Of a stretch of 64,000 nucleotides of DNA, positions 60,870 through 64,000 are shown one piece after another (position 1 is the stretch's first letter; every line of letters starts with the position of its first letter). The stretch comes from Chrysemys picta bellii (Eukaryota). The translations under genes and the position numbers were made by a program. Under the pieces are notes generated by a model, which saw only the letters and a list, made by a program, of their open reading frames with translations, was not told where the DNA came from and made no database searches. The stretch lies in NCBI RefSeq assembly GCF_011386835.1, contig NC_088802.1, forward strand, positions 3,038,001 through 3,102,000, written 5' to 3'.

Positions 60870-63688
60870 ATGCGCCCCCAGCTCCTGCCCCTGGCCCTCG
60901 CCCTCCTGGCAGCAGTGCCCCCGAGGGCTCAGGCAGGTAAGGAGCAAACCCAGCCGTGGGCCTGGCCTCTCGCCAAGTGAGGCTGGGGATGGGCTCGGCC
61001 GGGAGGCCTGCAGCAAACAGGGCGGGAGGCTCAGGGCTTGTCCCAGTGCCTGGGGGTCCCTGTCTAACCAGCCGCCCCGCCCCAGAGGTGGCTGCATCTC
61101 TGCACCGGGGGAGGGCTCCCTGTATAACCAGCTGCCTCACCCCAGAGGTGGCTGCATCTCAGCCCCAGGGGAGGTTTCTCAGGGTCCCCCAGACTTGCCA
61201 GTGCTAATTCCCCTGACACCGCCGGCTGGTTGGCCACCTCCCCAGGGCACGGCCAGGCCTGGCCTGGCTTGGAGAGGGGCTGGGGGCTCGGGGGAGGGAG
61301 TGGAGGGCAGCCTGACCCACCGGGCGTAACATGTCTCGGAGCGGCTGAGCCGGGATGGGTTCACACTCGGGCGTGAAGCGGGGCCCACACTCTGGGCAGG
61401 ACCGCGCTGCAGCGGAAGCCGGGGGCTACATTCGCCCGGGGCTGGGGTGTCCACACTGGTTTGTAACCCCCACCCAGACTCCGGTGTCTCAACGATGTCT
61501 GGCCACCCGTGTCCCAGACACCCCGGCCGCACCTGCCAGGGGGGTGGGAAGGCGACTGGCGCCCCTCCCTCCCCCGCCCACGCGTGTCACTAGCCCGGTG
61601 GGGCTGCGTCCACACTGCAAAGCAACGTGCCCCGGATCCTGGCTTGACTCTGGCCACTCTGTCCCCAGGACTCTGGTGTCGGGCGATTCGGGTGTAGCCG
61701 GAGCCTCGGTGGCACAGTCAGGGCTGCTGCACGCTGGGCCCAGCACAAGACAGCCCGAGCGATGGGAGCCGGCTCCTGGGGGCCGTGTGCCGTGATGCCC
61801 GTGGGCGGCTTGTCCTGCCTGCAGCCTGGCGCGCTCCTCAGGGACAGACGCAGGGCCAAAGCCGGGAACTGTTGTTAGCTGCCTCGTCCAGCCCACTGCG
61901 GATAAATACTGCCAAGGCCAGGGGCTGCGTGCGGGGGCTTTGTCAGGGGTTATGGGTATCGAACGGCGACCCCTTTGCTCGTTAGCAAGGAGGGGCTTAG
62001 GGTCACAGGGGGATCCCTGTATGAATGTGCCCCATCCCAGAGCTAGCTGCATCTCAACACAGAGCAAGGGGATCCCTATATAATCAGCCACCCCTCCCCA
62101 GAAGTGGCTGCATCTCAGTGCCGGGTAAGGGGTCCCCGTCTCTCCAGTGCTCTGTTGGGCAGGACCCATCAGGCTCTGGTGTTTGCAGGCCCAGAGGTGA
62201 CGGCAGAAGCCGGGTCGACTGTGAAACTTCCCTGCAACCTGACGGGGCCGAGGCTGAGCTGGCAGTGGATCCCGCGCTACCCGGTCTGCGCTGGTGTCAG
62301 CGGTGGGATACAGACGATCTACACAGTGATGGCAGCTGGGGCACACAGCACTCCGGAGGGGAGATTTCAGAAGCGGCTGCGTCACCTAATGGCTCAGGGA
62401 AACCGAACCTCCGTCCTCGAAGTCCAAACCCTCCACATGAGCGACTCGGGGACCTTCTTCTGTGCCAGCCCCAGTCAGAACGCCTCGCCGATCTCCGTGA
62501 CCATCATGCCCGGTAACAACCCTGCCCGGGGGCTGGGAGCCAGGACTCCTGGTTCTCTCCCCGGCTCTGGAAGAGGTTCATTTTGATGGGGGGCTATAGC
62601 CCAGCGCGAGGGGAAGCGGAAAGCAGCCAGCAGGGGGCGGGTTGTTAACTGGATCCATCACTTTTGGCTCTGCCCCCACAGGCTGCCTGGCCGGGGCGTC
62701 CATCAAAGGGGTCCCCAAGGAGCTGGTCATGGAGGGAGCGTCTGTGACCCTTTTCTGTACCCCCTGTGGGGCGCAGGGACCCACGTCACCCCCAGCAGAG
62801 GGCACCACGTGGCAGCTCAATGGGAAGCTGATATCGAACTCTCCAGCCCTTCGGATCCTGAGGGCCAACAAAATGACGATAGAGAATTTCTCCAGCCGGT
62901 TCGAGGGTCTGTGGAGCTGCCGCCTGCCTGGGCATCCCCCCCGGTCTGGGGACTACTGCCTGGAGCGCGACCAGAGTGGGCACAGGACCCAGCAGAGCAC
63001 CAGCCCCACCAGTCCAAGTTTGTATTCAGCCCCCGTGTCCCTGTCAGTCAATGCGGCCACCTCTGGGGTGGGGAAGCTGGATACCAGCCTCACAGAATGG
63101 CGACACCCCAGGGTTGGGGTGGGGAGCGAAGGGGGAACCTGGATGCGATGGGGGGAGGTCGGCTGGGAACCCTGAGTTTGGATTAGACCTGGGCGCTGGC
63201 GTCCATAACATACCTGTGGGGGAAAACGTACCACGGGGTCCCTGTGCTGGCAGCCCCGTGTCCCGCCCCAGAGGTGGCTGCATCTCAGCTCCGGGTTTGT
63301 GGCTGTTACAAACTTCTTTCTCACGTCGCAGGCTCCCCGCCCGACAGCGGCTGGGGGGTGACGGTGCTGGCCGTGCGCTGTGGCCTCGCCTTCCTCTTCC
63401 TCAGCGCCAGCCTCGGGACCATCTACTATGTGCACTGGAAAACCCGGGCCCGGCCGCCCAGCAGGTACCCGCCCCTTTAACGCCAGCGCCCCCTGGGGGC
63501 TCCCCCTGCCCTGCTCCCTGGGGCAATGGGGCAGCCCCGACTGCCAGGGGACAGCGCCCCCTGCTGCCCCCGCCTGCACAGCACCCCCTAGCGCCACCTT
63601 GTGGGTCAGCTACCACATTTCTCTGCTGTGTGGCTCACACAATGTCTCTCTCCCTCCTTTCCTGTCTTGCAGGCGCCAGCGGGACTGA
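60870..63688 (+). CDS. C5: intact activating-type G6b-like receptor, ~291 aa (signal, IgV, IgC2, Arg-containing TM, short tail)
   Basis: Exons 60870-60936, 62189-62512, 62682-63017, 63332-63464 and 63673-63688 (tail ...RPPSRRQRD-stop), or read-through to TAA at 63478-63480 (...RPPSRYPPL). TM VTVLAVRCGLAFLFLSASLGTIYYVHW. The exon 3 donor is weak (CAA|gtttgt). Confidence 0.82.
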
Positions 63689-64000
63689 GGCCTTCGCTTC
63701 CCCGGCACCGCGTCCACACTGCACTCACCCCCCATCCCCTTCCACTCGCCTGAGAAGCCAGAAACTCCCTTCTGGGCCCCCATCCAGTCTGGTCACCGGC
63801 CATGTATTTACTGCACATAATGTAGGACCTACGTTATTATTCCCCCCGACTGGAGTATAGAATGACCGGTTCCCGCGCTCAGGGTCCCCGCTGGGAACGG
63901 CCCCAGCCCCTGCTGTTGCCTGGGGACGGTGAACGTTGTATGTGCAACCCGCATACACTTTGTGTACAGCTTGGCTTGTTTACAATACATATGGTAGGCC

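Noticed and set aside
36174-64000. LY6G5B, LY6G5C or CSNK2B expected from mammalian synteny
   Set aside because: No matching exons were found in the window.

Overview
GC-rich vertebrate DNA, most likely turtle (inferred from the CR1, Penelope and LTR repeat families). It corresponds to part of the MHC class III region. Left to right it contains: a repeat- and LTR-rich stretch with no gene I can identify; a 3-exon GPI-anchored Ly6/uPAR gene (+); a 7-exon LY6G6F (G6f) orthologue (-), head-to-head with a complete 20-exon ABHD16A (+); and, downstream of ABHD16A, a ~26 kb cluster of seven MPIG6B (G6b)-related two-Ig-domain receptor genes or gene remnants. The cluster has three inhibitory-type genes with uncharged TM and ITIM plus ITSM-type tails (labelled A, B, C3), one intact activating-type gene with a TM arginine and a very short tail (C5), and three broken copies of the same C ectodomain lineage (C1, C2, C4; C2 and C4 retain activating-type TM exons). 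This looks like a paired inhibitory/activating receptor system built from a gene that is single-copy and inhibitory in mammals. The window also shows a tandem segmental duplication, an inverted duplication, three related LTRs, CR1 fragments, several minisatellites, and many non-coding islands each saturated with one short motif. All exon coordinates and counts were made by hand; no database searches were run.
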